Below are positions 1 through 12,234 of a stretch of 62,754 nt of DNA, piece by piece; the stretch's first letter is position 1, and every line of letters starts with the position of its first letter. The notes under the pieces are model-generated. The model was not told where the DNA came from. It ran no database searches and saw nothing but the letters and a program-made list of their open reading frames with translations. The DNA is from Alloascoidea hylecoeti (Eukaryota), in contig BCKZ01000039.1 in assembly GCA_001600815.1 (NCBI GenBank), positions 1-62,754 on the forward strand, written 5' to 3'. Position numbers and translations under genes: made by a program.

Positions 1-95
1 ACGATTGAGCTAAAAATCTAATTAATTTTGGTTATTTGTATTTTTTTAGATCAATATTTAAATTTGTTCCTGATCTGCTAGATTCCCATCTAATA
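1..95. repeat. 95-bp repeat, exact reverse complement of 25239-25333 (runs off the window start)
   Basis: Base-by-base identity: ACGATTGAGCTAAAAATC...CCCATCTAATA vs TATTAGATGGG...GATTTTTAGCTCAATCGT. Confidence 0.97.
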
Positions 96-2194
96 GAGTC
101 AATCAGATCAATGATATGCTCCATGAGGTCCCAGTATTTTGAAAGGGACATGATCATGATCATTAGGTATTTATTTCCTCTTTACAACGTATGGAAGGAT
201 CATAATCACAATTCCAGCCTTATGAACCTTTATGGGGATAAAAGCACTCAATTGGGGTCATTTTATATTTACAAAAATGCAGGTTGTTAACGAATGGCCG
301 GCTGCAGTATAATTGAGAATAAACGTATATTATAGCACACCTCACTCTAACACTATTTAAGTGGGTCAATACACAATTAAAAGAATTATCTAAATATCTC
401 AACCATGATAAAAAGTGCACTTTCATAACTATTCCGGATTTATTGATGATGATTTACTTATGAACACTTAGGCACCGCCCTTAATTCACAGCTTTTTTTA
501 TCAAAGGAAAATGAGTCTGTAATTTTAAAGAATTAGTTAACAGATTTTTTATTTTTATAATAATATAAATCGAGTTTTTATATCTTTATTGGATGATTAT
601 CATTTTAATTAATGGTCTTAAGCAAAAACTAATGTTCATTTGAATTCTGAAATATGTTTATTCTGCTGGTCAATAATATTCACTACATAGCGCTAGCCAT
701 ACTTAATTATTTTTTGAATATGACATACGTCAATATCGTGGGCGATTCTGTTCCTCTCTATGAATTTTTTTTTTTTTTCAGCATTATGAATTGTGTTTGG
801 GTACAGTATAAGAAGGAAATTTGTTTGATATTTTAAGAAATCTCGCGAGCGATTGATGAGTATATCATGATCACATATCAGCTTACAGTGATAATTGCCC
901 CATCAGAAATCTTTCTATAATTTCTATAATTACAATTAGATTTATATAATTGAATTAATACGTATCTTATACTTATAACCTTTTTGGTTATTGCTTTAGA
1001 CAAGTGGAAAATTTAAGAGGTTGAAATTTTATATATAATGAGATGTTGAAATTTAAACGCTATTTTCAAAAATATTATGTATCAAAAGTAGATCATATTC
1101 AAGGCTGGTAGTCAAACAAATGATTAACTCGAAACTTTCTATAATATCATAAAACATTACAGAGAACTATTAGGGTAAGGCGGATTAGAATGTATTAAAA
1201 ATAGAATCATTCACGATTCACGTTTTATATATAACGATGTTAGTTTTAGATTTACATTTTAATTGATAAATATCTACATGTCCCATTTATATACCATTTA
1301 AAAAGGTTGCTCTAAAAACATAAAAAGTATCTTCTAATTAATATTAATTGCTCGCGTGATATCTTGAAAAATCAACAAATTGTATCCCATAGTGTAGTGA
1401 GTATGTTCTTCACGAGATTAAAGTGTTAAACCCTCCTTTATTACGAGGTCTGAAATTTGTGGTATAAAGCTAATAAGTACAGAAGACTTTTTGGGACCAA
1501 CCCTTTCCTGAACTTTCCGACAACTCCAGGTATACAGCCAGTCTCATCTGTGTTTATATAGCTCCTATAGATGTTAGTAATACTACCTTTTTAATGGCTC
1601 AATTTTAATGACCCAATATTGCGAGTTTAAAGAATACCAGAAATAACTTAAGTATGACAAGAAGAATGAGGTGCTACTATGCCGTGATACACTCCTATGG
1701 TATACAACCCACGGAACACAATACGGAATACGGAAATTTCCCTACAATCTTTCTTATATAGCACCTCTTTAAACAAAGGAGCCGTACCTTCTAAAAGTAT
1801 ATCAAATCAAATATGTAGAGGATGGAACTACTCCAGTAGAAAGCAGATGGCATAAGGATAGTTGTGACTACGATATTGCAAGCTTCGTTCATCATATTTT
1901 TTTTGAAGAAGAGTCCTAATTATTTGATACATTTGATTTTATAGGGTTATCTGAAGGGCCGGTACCTCAAATGATTGTACAATCTTTAAAAAGAATTACC
2001 AGATTCTTCTACGTCTCACCTAAGGTGTACCTTGTAGGGTATATACCCAATAAATAAATTTGTTATATTTATATTGAAAAAATGTTGTTGGTTATATCTC
2101 ACAATAGTCTGCGCAATAGTCTCCAATTCAAAATAACCCCGTTTCACAGGAAGGATTGTTCAAAAATTCAGTATCTGGATGAAAAAAGGTATAG

Positions 2195-2340
2195 AATCGT
2201 TTTACTTAATTTAGGCCAAACTGGATGGTAATTATCGGTCAGGCAGGGGTAGGCGTCGAAATTGTTGCTTATTGATGGGACTTAACGGTAACAATGAGGC
2301 TGAATATTAGTTATGTAAATCGCTGATAATTAGTAACTAT
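2195..2340. mobile_element. Degenerate copy of the ~140-bp MITE-like family (core ACTTAATTTAGGCCA)
   Basis: Core at 2204-2218; internal TAATTATCGG and ATTAGTTA..TAAAT blocks match the 6745-6883 copy. Confidence 0.45.
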
Positions 2341-2659
2341 AACAAAATGCAACATTTTTTAGTTTATTAATTATGTATATTTTATAAATGAAAAAGTAAC
2401 ATTAAAAATCACAAACAAAGACAATATTTAATAATAATAATAATATATATAACTTATATATTATATTATATTATGATAACAAATAACAATTCATATGTTA
2501 TTCTTTTTTAGTTTTGCTATAATTCTAATTTTCTAACAATCAACTTCTTTCTTTCTTTCATTTTTGTTTCCATTTGAGGGATTTATTTTCTTATATCCTG
2601 TTTTAGTTATCTTTAACCAAGTTATTCCAAAAAAAAAAAGTACCATTTTATTTTGACTT

Positions 2660-2730
2660 CAATTTCCATTTCCATTTCCATTTCCATTTCCATTTCAAAT
2701 TCAAATTCAAATTCGAATTCAATTTCAATT
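2660..2730. repeat. (CCATTT)n/(CAAATT)n hexanucleotide microsatellite
   Basis: Direct inspection. Confidence 0.85.
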
Positions 2731-3368
2731 CTTTTAAAATTTATCCAAAAAAAAAAAAATAGAGAGAGAGACAATTAATAAAAACAAAATCAAAGGTTAC
2801 TGTTTATCCCAATTGAAATAATCACATATTACAACAAGCATTTCATGAAAAAAAATCAAAGTTATAATTTGCATAAAAATGAATAATAAAGAATAAAAGT
2901 AAAAATAAAAAGTAATAGTGAAAGTAATAATAATAATAATAATAATGATAATAATAGTAATGGTAAAAATATAGAAAAGAAAAATCTGTAGCTATAGAAT
3001 AGGAGGAACCAAACAAAAGGTTATAATAATAATAAAATTTGTCTAGGATATAATTAATTACTTTGAATTTCAAATTTTTTAGTTAATTGAAAAAAGAAAA
3101 ATTTGTATAGAAGTAAAATAAATGGATCTTGGATATTATATTCATGTTGAATATTCATATTTGAAAAAAGTATATCCGTCTGATTTTGATTTTGATTTTT
3201 AGTATAAATGAAAATGTTTCTGTTTTTAAAGTCAAACTTCATTATCACTGTTCAAAATCGATTATATGATGCTAATCGTTTATAATTTTTTAATGCAAAA
3301 AAAGCTAAGCAAAGCAAAAATCAAAGCAAAATGAAATGAAAATGAAAATGAAATATAAAATATAACAA

Positions 3369-5798
3369 TTAACTATTTTCATAATCATCTTTTTTACTTT
3401 GTGCAACTCTTATTAAACCAATAAGTCCACTTATTGAGCAACCACCTTTAATAAAAGGAGTTTCTAGTAATTCAATTGCATTTGCTCTATTTTCAATATT
3501 AACATGTAAACATAAATCTAAAAAAATTTGAAATTTTTTAGATATTGAATTTGGATCTTTTAATTTTGGTTTACCATTAGTTGCAATTAAATACAAAGCT
3601 TTTAAAGGAACTTCATTTAAATATGGTGGTTCACCTTCTAACATTTCAATTGCCATTATACCTAATGACCAAATATCAACTTTTGGACCATATGGTTTTA
3701 ATGTAACAATTTCAGGAGCCATCCAATATGGTGTGCCAACCATTGTTGTTCTTTTTCTTTTATCTTCATTAATTTGTGCACAAAATCCAAAATCTGTTAA
3801 TTTAATATTACCATTATCTGATAATAAAACATTATCTGATTTAATATCTCTATGAATTATACCCATTGAATGTAAAAAAACAAGACCATTTAAAGTTTCA
3901 CGACAAACAGCAGCAATTTGAGATTCAGTTAATAAAGAATATGTTAAAATTTCAGTTAAACTACCACCTTTCATATATTCCATAACAACCCATAAATCAC
4001 CATGATTTAAATAAGCATCAATAAAATTAACAATATTTGGATGATGTGATTTTTTCATAACAATAATTTCATTAACAATTAATTCTTTTTTTGGTTGACG
4101 TTCTAAATTCATTCTTTTAATTGCAACAACATTGTTATTATTATTATTATTAATTGGTTCTGTTGTTGTTGATGATGATGATGCTATATAAACTCCTGCT
4201 GATGCTCCTTGACCTATTTTAACTAAATTTTTATAAATTTTTGATGGATCTCCTGAAGAACAAATTTCTAATAGTTTTGCATAAACTTTTGCATCATAAT
4301 GTCTTTGTCTTTGTTCATCTCTTTTACGTGTACCTGGATGTTTTGGATCACGTAAAGGTCTTGAAGTTAATGGAGTTGTTTTAACTTTCAAAACTGGTTC
4401 TTCATCGTTGGATATAGTATTATCCTTGTCTGGGTTTGGAGTATTATTATTTGATTCAGAATTAGGTAATGAAGGTTCTTTTAATTCATTAGATTCTAAA
4501 TTTGATGATGATTGTGATTTTGAATTTTTCATTAGAACAGTTGGTAGAGTTTCTATATTATCATTTTTCTCTGAATCTTCAAGAATATCCAATTTATTAG
4601 ATTTTTCATTAATTTCTTCACTTTCAGATTCTTTAGATTCTTTAAGTTCTGGTAAATCCATTGGCGAATTTATCAATACAGGTTCTAACAATGGTTCATG
4701 AGTTTTTAAATCATTTATTGATTTCATTGTTCTTAAATTTTTAGACGATAAAATTTCTTGTGATTTTGATTTTGATTTTGATTTTGAATTTAAATTTTTT
4801 TCAGTTGAAATTTTAGAATCATTATTATTATTATTTTGTAATTCTTTTTGAGTTGGTAAGAAATTTAATGCTTGTCTTATTGTATTTTTATTTACTCTAT
4901 TTGGTGGTGGTGGAGCAGGTCTACTTGGAATATATTGACGTTCGAATTGTTTAGCATAATCAAAAGTAGCACCAGATGAAGGTCTAGGTGAAGATTGTAA
5001 ATCATTTGGAGATCTTAAAGATTTTGGTGTTGATATTGGACGAGGAGTAGTTATTGTACTGTTTAAAGATTCTGCAGATCGAAGGTTTTGAGATCTTGAA
5101 GAATCTTCATCAGAACTTGAGGTTGATGGTTGAGAAGTTGATTGATGAGAACCTGCTTTACCTATTTCAGTGTGATTAAATTTTTCCCAAACAGAACTTG
5201 ATTCTTGATCTCGATCTCTTGAAACTTCATAAAACGTGAATATATCAATCATTTTTTCAGGATCTTCTTCTTGCTCTTTTTTCGTTATACCACTATCTTC
5301 CAATAGTTGACGCATTTTATCTATACCACTGAAACGTTTTGTTTCGACATTATAGCTTACATGAACATTATGTCGACAGTTCACAGGATCGGACACTTTG
5401 AAAGTATAATCTGTAGAAGTTGGGGATTTCAAAGTTGGGGATTTCAAGGTTGGACTTAAAGATTGAGAAGGAGAAATGATATTCGTTAAATAACGCTTAA
5501 GTTTACCGGAGACCTTACGAGCATGTAGTAAACTTGAAGGTTTCTGGTGATGGTCGTTGATTTCCATAACAGTAGATTCCGTCGGTGTTGAAGGTTCCAT
5601 TGTGGTTGGACCATTAACATTTGTGGTGATTATGTCCGCTATTTGGTCATTCGTTTGCAGGTCACCTGAGCCTGTTGAGTGAGGACCAATTGAAATAACT
5701 TCCTGTACAGAATATTTGCTCCGGCGTAAGACTCGCAAAGATTGCGGCGGAGAAGGCCCAACAGAGGTTTCCATTGGGGGTTGACGATCCAAATACAT
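3369..5798 (-). CDS. STE20: PAK/Ste20-family Ser/Thr kinase with CRIB (PBD) domain
   Basis: 809-aa ORF. CRIB-like [13 protein letters not shown] and PSRPAPPPP; kinase motifs [47 protein letters not shown]. Confidence 0.9.
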   Translation of the reverse strand: MYLDRQPPMETSVGPSPPQSLRVLRRSKYSVQEVISIGPHSTGSGDLQTNDQIADIITTNVNGPTTMEPSTPTESTVMEINDHHQKPSSLLHARKVSGKLKRYLTNIISPSQSLSPTLKSPTLKSPTSTDYTFKVSDPVNCRHNVHVSYNVETKRFSGIDKMRQLLEDSGITKKEQEEDPEKMIDIFTFYEVSRDRDQESSSVWEKFNHTEIGKAGSHQSTSQPSTSSSDEDSSRSQNLRSAESLNSTITTPRPISTPKSLRSPNDLQSSPRPSSGATFDYAKQFERQYIPSRPAPPPPNRVNKNTIRQALNFLPTQKELQNNNNNDSKISTEKNLNSKSKSKSKSQEILSSKNLRTMKSINDLKTHEPLLEPVLINSPMDLPELKESKESESEEINEKSNKLDILEDSEKNDNIETLPTVLMKNSKSQSSSNLESNELKEPSLPNSESNNNTPNPDKDNTISNDEEPVLKVKTTPLTSRPLRDPKHPGTRKRDEQRQRHYDAKVYAKLLEICSSGDPSKIYKNLVKIGQGASAGVYIASSSSTTTEPINNNNNNNVVAIKRMNLERQPKKELIVNEIIVMKKSHHPNIVNFIDAYLNHGDLWVVMEYMKGGSLTEILTYSLLTESQIAAVCRETLNGLVFLHSMGIIHRDIKSDNVLLSDNGNIKLTDFGFCAQINEDKRKRTTMVGTPYWMAPEIVTLKPYGPKVDIWSLGIMAIEMLEGEPPYLNEVPLKALYLIATNGKPKLKDPNSISKKFQIFLDLCLHVNIENRANAIELLETPFIKGGCSISGLIGLIRVAQSKKDDYENS

Positions 5799-6177
5799 GA
5801 GAAATATAAGGTATAAATATTCGAATTGGATATCTTTATTGTTTTAAAGGGGTGTGACTGGTGTTTGGTGGTATTTCTCAGCTAGTACTGTTTTCATATC
5901 GTCCAGTTCTACGCGTCAGGGATTAAAAGGAATGTTTATTTATTTAATTAAAAGAATGCTCATTATATCCTACCAAATCATACTAATCTTGTAAGATGGG
6001 CCAATTGCAACTCCACGAGCTTCGATTCTTTGGTCCCTTTGAATTTTAGAAAAACATGCATATGTAGAACAACCAAGTAAATAATCCAAAACCCCTCTGA
6101 AACATTTGAAAATACCACTTACAAGTTATTTATGTAAAGTGAAATATCTTCGGTCAGCAACAATCTTCGAATTGTAT

Positions 6178-6690
6178 TTATATCCGTATAGGAGCTGCTG
6201 GATAATACTCGATATGCTTCTTGGAGGTTTGTTTTGCTGCAAATTCAAACCATACATCTGTTTGCTTATTCAACATTGAAATATATTCACAGTATCTCCC
6301 AAATGTATCTCCTTCAACTTCTGCTGGAATACTTTCCCATGGTGGATTCTCCTTTTCACTAACAGTTATCCTTTTCTTAGAAATTTCATTATCATTTTCA
6401 TTGTCGTTATTTTCATCTGAAGTCTTTGTTGATTTGTTTATCTGTTCTTTTTCCTCTTCTTCAAACTTTCGTTTGTGTGCTTCTGACCATTCAAAATATT
6501 CAATAATCTCTTCTTTTAATTGTTTATCTTCTGTTTCATCATCACCCTGATTATTTTGGTCATTTTCCAAATCTTCTCCTTGTTCATCAGAAGACATCAA
6601 CGTATTATAGTCTCCATCAAACCGTCCTAGATGTCGTTCATGAAACTGTGCAAGATCCTCGATGGTAATTGTGGGGACGTTGAGTGTCAT
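6178..6690 (-). CDS. Small acidic protein, DUF3807/Gemin8-like
   Basis: 170-aa ATG ORF. N-terminal PTITIEDLAQFHERH, central EEIIEYFEWSEAHK and C-terminal YYPAAPIRI resemble Gemin8 blocks (EELRQYFAETERH, YWPVIPLKF). Confidence 0.65.
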   Translation of the reverse strand: MTLNVPTITIEDLAQFHERHLGRFDGDYNTLMSSDEQGEDLENDQNNQGDDETEDKQLKEEIIEYFEWSEAHKRKFEEEEKEQINKSTKTSDENNDNENDNEISKKRITVSEKENPPWESIPAEVEGDTFGRYCEYISMLNKQTDVWFEFAAKQTSKKHIEYYPAAPIRI

Positions 6691-6744
6691 GGTGAATGAA
6701 AATGTTATGCAGTTAAATTTAAACCCTTAATGAGACTTGTCTGA

Positions 6745-6883
6745 TACAGCAATTCCACTTAATTTAAGCCATTATGATTACTAATTATCGACCAAGTTTG
6801 GAACAATAATGACGTGTCATACCGGTAATATTCCCGGCGAAATTAGTTAATAAATGGCCTAAATTAAGTAAAATGACGACATA
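6745..6883. mobile_element. MITE-like element with imperfect terminal inverted repeats
   Basis: ACTTAATTTAAGCCA (6757-6771) inverted to TGGCCTAAATTAAGT (6855-6869); left end reads TA|CAG. Confidence 0.6.
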
Positions 6884-7039
6884 TTTTGGTATATCATTAT
6901 GATCATCGTAATTCATAATCATACTTTTATGGCTCAATTTTCTATTATAGATTTAGCTAATTAATTATAACGTTAACTACAAAATACAAATTTATATTTT
7001 CGCTAGAAGAATCACAGAACTATACATTGACAATTATAA

Positions 7040-7659
7040 TGAACGACTACCAATTTGCACGTCAATATTAGATTATTTTCATTGCTATGGTAAATTATGA
7101 TCATGACCATATAGAAGTAAATGTTGATGATAAATCATTAATAAAAATTGGCACTTGTTATACCCGAGAAGCTGGTGTTAAAAATCTTGAAAAAGAACTT
7201 GCTAATATTTGTCATCTTCTACGCCAATTTACAATAGAATAGCTATAGAAGTATATTGGAATGGAAAAGTATGATCATACATTAATAGAACCTGGTATTT
7301 CCCTTCGAAGTAAAATGGGACTTGTTAATGGTCTTGCACACATGGGAAGTGCTGATCCAAAAGATAGACCTGGTTCTGGTGCTGGTGCTAGTGCTAGTGC
7401 TGGTCCAGCAATCACAATGACATTTTCATCTCTATTAACTAAAACACAGCAATGACTGGAGAAATGACATTACATGGTAAAACTTTACCTGTTGGTGCTC
7501 ATCTAGCAAGTGTAACAAAAGTAATAGAATTGGATGGCGAAAATTTTATTAAACAAGAATTAGATGTCGATATTCAATATGTTGGTAGCATTTGGAATCT
7601 GATTCCTCTTGTTGGAGTGAATGTTATTGATGATGATAATAAAGGTGTTATTAAGAGGC
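7040..7659 (+). pseudogene. C-terminal fragment of a Lon protease (peroxisomal LONP2/Pln1-like), decayed
   Basis: YTREAGVKNLEKELANIC, GLVNGLA, PKD..SAG, AMTGEMTLHGKTLPVG; in-frame TAG stops, a frameshift, and loss of the catalytic-Lys segment (GIKEK). Confidence 0.85.
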
Positions 7660-7714
7660 NNNNNNNNNNNNNNNNNNNNNNNNNNNNNNNNNNNNNNNNN
7701 NNNNNNNNNNNNNN

Positions 7715-8416
7715 TTTTTTGAATTCAATTGAAATAATTGGACGATTTTCAAACTCATAAGTATAGTCTGGTTTGACCATCATGTCTCCTCCTGAATATG
7801 GTAAGTAGGAGGCTTTTTGACCAATCAGCTGTAACGCTCGACTAGATCCAATAAATGAACTGTATAAGCCATGTGCTGGATCCAATAGATTTGCTGTCAT
7901 AAATTTTGATACTGCCGTTTCGTCAACTTTTTGTACGATAGTGAAAGGAGTGGTGAATATTCTTAGTAATTCCGCCCCGATACTTTCTCTTCCACGTCCA
8001 TTATCCAATTGTTCTTTTAGCCATTTAATTTCCTCGATGAATTCAAACTCTTTTGTCAGCAAAAAATTCATCTGTTTGAATTCTCCGCTAACTCTATTTT
8101 GTTTCCTACTTGATATTGTTGTAGNCTTGCTGTGAGATGCTGGAAATTCAAAAAACCCAACCAATGGTAGATTGAATAATATGTTATTTGCGAAACTTCC
8201 GCCGTAAATATACTTGGCTATGATATCTTGATTCTTAGCGCTAATCTTGATCCGATCCAGATTATCAATCTCATGTAAGTCACCAAAATATGATTTGAGA
8301 ACTATGTCTTCAAATATTCGTCCCTGTTCATTAGAATTCGAACGACTTTCAAGGTCTTGAATACGTTTCTCGACTTCACGTTCAAGCTGTAAGAATTGCT
8401 CTCGGTAACCATTCAT
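7715..8416 (-). CDS. Hypothetical protein: N-terminal coiled coil plus PD-(D/E)xK nuclease-like motif; 3' end lost in assembly gap 7660-7714
   Basis: About 234 open codons from ATG; KPD-x11-IEFKK immediately before the gap; TTACCCGG ~70 bp upstream. Confidence 0.55.
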
Positions 8417-8482
8417 ATTAATGATAAAAGAAGTTGATTGATTAATTAAAAGGGGGTTGGGAAGAGCAGGCAGAGTTGATAT

Positions 8483-8490
8483 CCGGGTAA
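8483..8490 (-). promoter_or_regulatory. Reb1-type site TTACCCGG upstream of the 8416 ORF
   Basis: CCGGGTAA on the + strand; consensus match only. Confidence 0.35.
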
Positions 8491-9823
8491 CATTTAAAAT
8501 TGCAATTATCTCTTTATTAATCTATTTATATTAAATTTATATATATAAATTCCCAATTCCTGACTTTCAACAGATGTATTTAATCCATCGATGACATCGA
8601 GAGCAGCTAAAATTCTGAATTTATCTGAATATTCTAAAATAAGTACAGTTTAAGGTAAATCAATAACAATCTAAACCCTTCAACTTTAGAATCAATATCT
8701 AAATTTTTAAAATTGAANNAANNTTTTNNNANNANNNNTTTTNNNNAANNAANNNNANNNNNNAANNNANTTNANNAAANNTCATCAAGATAACCAAATA
8801 AATCTATTAATGAATTATAACATGATCTAACAAGGTTATAATTATATTCTAGATTACCAGTTAATAATGATTTAGTATATAGGTATACAGTGATTTTGGC
8901 TTCTATTGGTTGTGTGCTCATTAACTTTGATATATTTATTTGAACCAGCAACTATTTTTTCCGAAAATGAAGTGGCCATAGCGATGATAGTTCCTTATAA
9001 CCATAAAATTTTGAAGTAAATCATACACATTTATTAGTTATAGTTAAATTTCCATAGATGAAAAATAATTAAGTAGTTACCTGTTCCGCATTATCAGCAA
9101 ATTGGGTCCAAAAACTAAGCATTCAAAAAGGCTTTATTTTACTCCATCTTCACCAGAAAAGTTCTTAGAAGATATCTCTCTTATTCTAGATCCATTTAAA
9201 CCATGTGTTCGCAAAACTGTTTGCTTCCCGCCTGAACTATTAACTCTCATTTCTGACCTTATGGGTCTTACTAATTTACTCCCATCTTTCGCCTCATTTG
9301 ATAAACGCAACGCAGAAGGGGTTCTAGTGTTGAAAACTGTTGAAACCAAAGTTAATATTTCATCTTTGTCGAGTGCCAAACGGTAAATAGTACCGGGTAC
9401 TTACGTCTCCTGCTTTGGTTATTGAGGTAGATTGAGATGAGAAAATGAGATAAGTGTATTAAAGGAAATTCTACCTATTCATATACTAAGCTATCATGGG
9501 TTTCAATTGGATTACGCTGATAGTGTTAAGGCCGTTATATATGGCCAAGTACCCAATAATGATGCAGAGGTTGTTGACGCAGTGTTATTTGAGGTAGGTG
9601 ATTACTTCACGCAGGTATTAATATTACTGGTTTACTGGCGATTTGGTATTGTTGTACAATATCTTTGCGTATGGTGGCCATCATATCAACGCGGATAGGA
9701 GCTTTACTGGCGACTACACGGACCGGGGCTTTACTGATGACTTCCCTCGTGATATTCAACAACAGGTTAAAGCGCATCTGATTGGAGGACATTTGAAAAG
9801 GAATAGCATTCTCGGAATGTCAG

Positions 9824-10960
9824 CTAGTTTTGTTCGCTATTTTGTTTTGAAAACCATTCCTTATATCTCTGATCAAGTTGCTCGATTGATAAAGACCCAC
9901 GACATGGGTATTTATACTCATCCCATATTATTTTAAGTGTAGTAGGTGCTTTCTTAAAATTGAAAGTAGGAACTCTGGGTCTTCCCCGAGGCTGGCGACT
10001 ATGTAGATTAGTAAGTTGATTTTGAATATCAATGTTTTGATTTTTAATACTGGATAGAACTGAAGCAAATTCTTGTTTAAGATCATTAATAGCATCACCA
10101 AAAAATCAGAATGCAGAAATAATGTCGAGAGCTTGTTTCCACGCCTCTGAAGGATTGTTTAGATGGCTGAGATATGCTTCATAAACTGCATCTTGATGCA
10201 TTCTAAATTCGCGATATTCTGGAGATTTGAAAAGGGGATATTAAAGCCAGGAATTTTATCTAAAATGCCGGGTTGAAAGCGTTCTTCTAGAAATTTAAAG
10301 TCCTGGATTATAACGGTGCAGGTGGTCAAAAACAGTAGTGGCTAAATATGCCATTTGTTTTGTGTTATTGCTGTATTTATCATCATGTTCTATTAGCTCT
10401 TCAATATTTATGTTCATTGGAGCTTCAAGATATTTGTTTATAAATGGGAATATTTTTCTTCTTAGCTCTTTACTATGTGTCACAAAGTTACGGAACATAT
10501 GATATTTCAATTGNCCTCCTACATTTCGACCACCTGCTAGGGCTGCCATAGGTCCACAGGGGATATTGCACATGTAGCTGTCGAGTAGCGAGGAGCTGAT
10601 CTGACCTGTTCTCCACATTCCAAATCTTTCTATGTCCGAAGCAGCAATTCCTGCAAAGTCACACCTGAGTTCCACTTGCTCTTGGACCATGCGTTATATG
10701 ATCTGGGTGAATTCCTATACCTTCCATGATAATTTTGTAATTGTCATAATGGTATTTATCATTCATAGGTTGGTTTCGATCCATTGTGCTACTAAAATTG
10801 TTTACCAATTTTGGATAAAAAAAATTTTTCGTTCTGTAAACTCAATGTCGGGTTCATTATTAATTTGAAATCGTATCTGCTCGTTGTTGGATATTGTCTT
10901 CAACAATTCGTGCACGTATATTTGCAACTAGTGATTCACCTTCTCTATTGGTTTGATTCA
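9824..10960 (-). mobile_element. Degenerate CryptonF-type element: Ndc10-II-like tyrosine recombinase plus GCR1_C domain
   Basis: Across frameshifts: QTNREG..IRAR, RFQINNEP, HITHGPRASG (HxxR), IERFGMW, SYMCNIP (catalytic Tyr), RKIFPFI, YPLFKSPEYREF; then PTFNFKKAPTTLKIIWDEYKYPCRGSLSIEQLDQRYKEW (GCR1_C-like). Confidence 0.8.
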
Positions 10961-11494
10961 TAATAAAGAATTGTATTAATTATGGTGGATCGAAGTGATT
11001 TATATATTAATTATATTTATTTGAAATTTTGTATTAATAATTTGAAATATTATATTAGATATATATATATAGTTATTTGAAATATATATATATTGATTAT
11101 AGTTATTTTGAATGGGAATTGTGCGTGATAAATAGCTATTTATTTGATATTCTTTGATAATTTTAGTTGGTGATTTTACTTATACATATTTTTCTACTAT
11201 GAAGCAACAAATATAAGTCTTACATAATTTTATGCATGACTACCCTTACAGTTTATTGCATTACAACTATTTCGTCCACATATATAGGTGATTGTGATTG
11301 GGCTTTTAGTTCCTCCCATGACCAATGGTTAAAAGAGTATTGCGTATTATCCTGGTCATAATGATTGCAATTTTAAACATTTTAATCTTCGCTTATTATA
11401 CACTACTTGAATACTTTCTAAATGAGTTCCTCTTGGAATGAGTGTGTATTTATTTATATCTGAAAAGGGAACATCACGTCGTGTGCACCATACA

Positions 11495-11617
11495 TACATA
11501 TTGGAAGAGCTTCCCATGCCTAACGATTACTATCGATGAACATGGAAATATAAAAAGATTGGATACTGATGTAGAAACATATAACGGTGTAAGAGCGGAA
11601 AGCTCTTCCAATACGTA
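11495..11617. mobile_element. 123-bp MITE-like element with 21-bp TIRs and TA ends
   Basis: TACATATTGGAAGAGCTTCCC (11495-11515) vs GGAAAGCTCTTCCAATACGTA (11597-11617): 19/21 inverted match. Confidence 0.7.
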
Positions 11618-11808
11618 TATCTATAGATTTGGGATCGATTCTCTGTTATTAGCTTTATTTCTGGTTGTAAGTACCAAGTCTTTTATATGTGTAAATATCA
11701 AAAACAATTCAATTGATTTTCTTAATAATCAATCGAGACCAGGTTTTTAAAAAGTAAATGTTATATGGTTGGTACTACCGGTATGCACATTAATATAAAT
11801 ATAAGTCA

Positions 11809-12234
11809 TATAATAATAAAAAAGAAAATAGTAAATTGTGAGTTTGAGTTTGATGAGGATAATGTATATATTAATCAAGTCAAATGATATTAACGAATAA
11901 CTGTGGGTATATATTTAGAACAATAAGTTTTTATTTTATTTTATTTTTTAATTTTTTTAAATTTAAATAAATATAGATATAAAAGCAAATGATACTTAAT
12001 ACTCTTTGATTAGATATTAAAAGATAACAAGTCATTATCATGAAAAAGATGATAATAAGTTTTGACTCGATAAATGACAAAAGAAAGGTCAATATTTTGT
12101 AATTGATTAGATAGATATGATGAAATGAGATGAAAATTTAAGTTAGGTATATTGTTATTTATATGTAACTTTCGTGCTCACCATTATTCTTTTTAGAATC
12201 AGATTTATTTTGATTACAATTATGATTATTGTTA
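11809..12234 (-). pseudogene. Diverged direct duplicate of the last ~25 codons and 3' UTR of the neighbouring NAM8/NGR1 gene
   Basis: Collinear blocks shared with ~13399-13988: CAAATGATATTAACGAATAACTG, AAGATAACAAGTCAT, TCACCATTATTCTTTTTAG.ATCAGATTTATTTTGATTA. Confidence 0.9.

Noticed and set aside
1163..1212. AGAACTATTAGGGT...AAAATAGAA shared with 34738-34777
   Set aside because: Only a 14-bp match plus an AT-rich block with different spacing; no partner end or target duplication, so it may be chance
1380..2190. Coding-like intergenic stretch, possibly a retroelement relic
   Set aside because: No recognisable motif or sustained frame
2843..3248. Short ORFs in low-complexity DNA (also 12932-13132 and 13619-13834)
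   Set aside because: Products of AT-rich microsatellites
4408..4701. Antisense or alternate-frame ORFs inside real genes (also in PFK1, MSM1, SMI1, the PPR gene and MSB2)
   Set aside because: Shadows of the coding strand with no independent motifs
7452..7760. ORFs read through the N gap, implying overlap of Lon and the nuclease-like ORF
   Set aside because: Artefact of translating through unknown bases of estimated length
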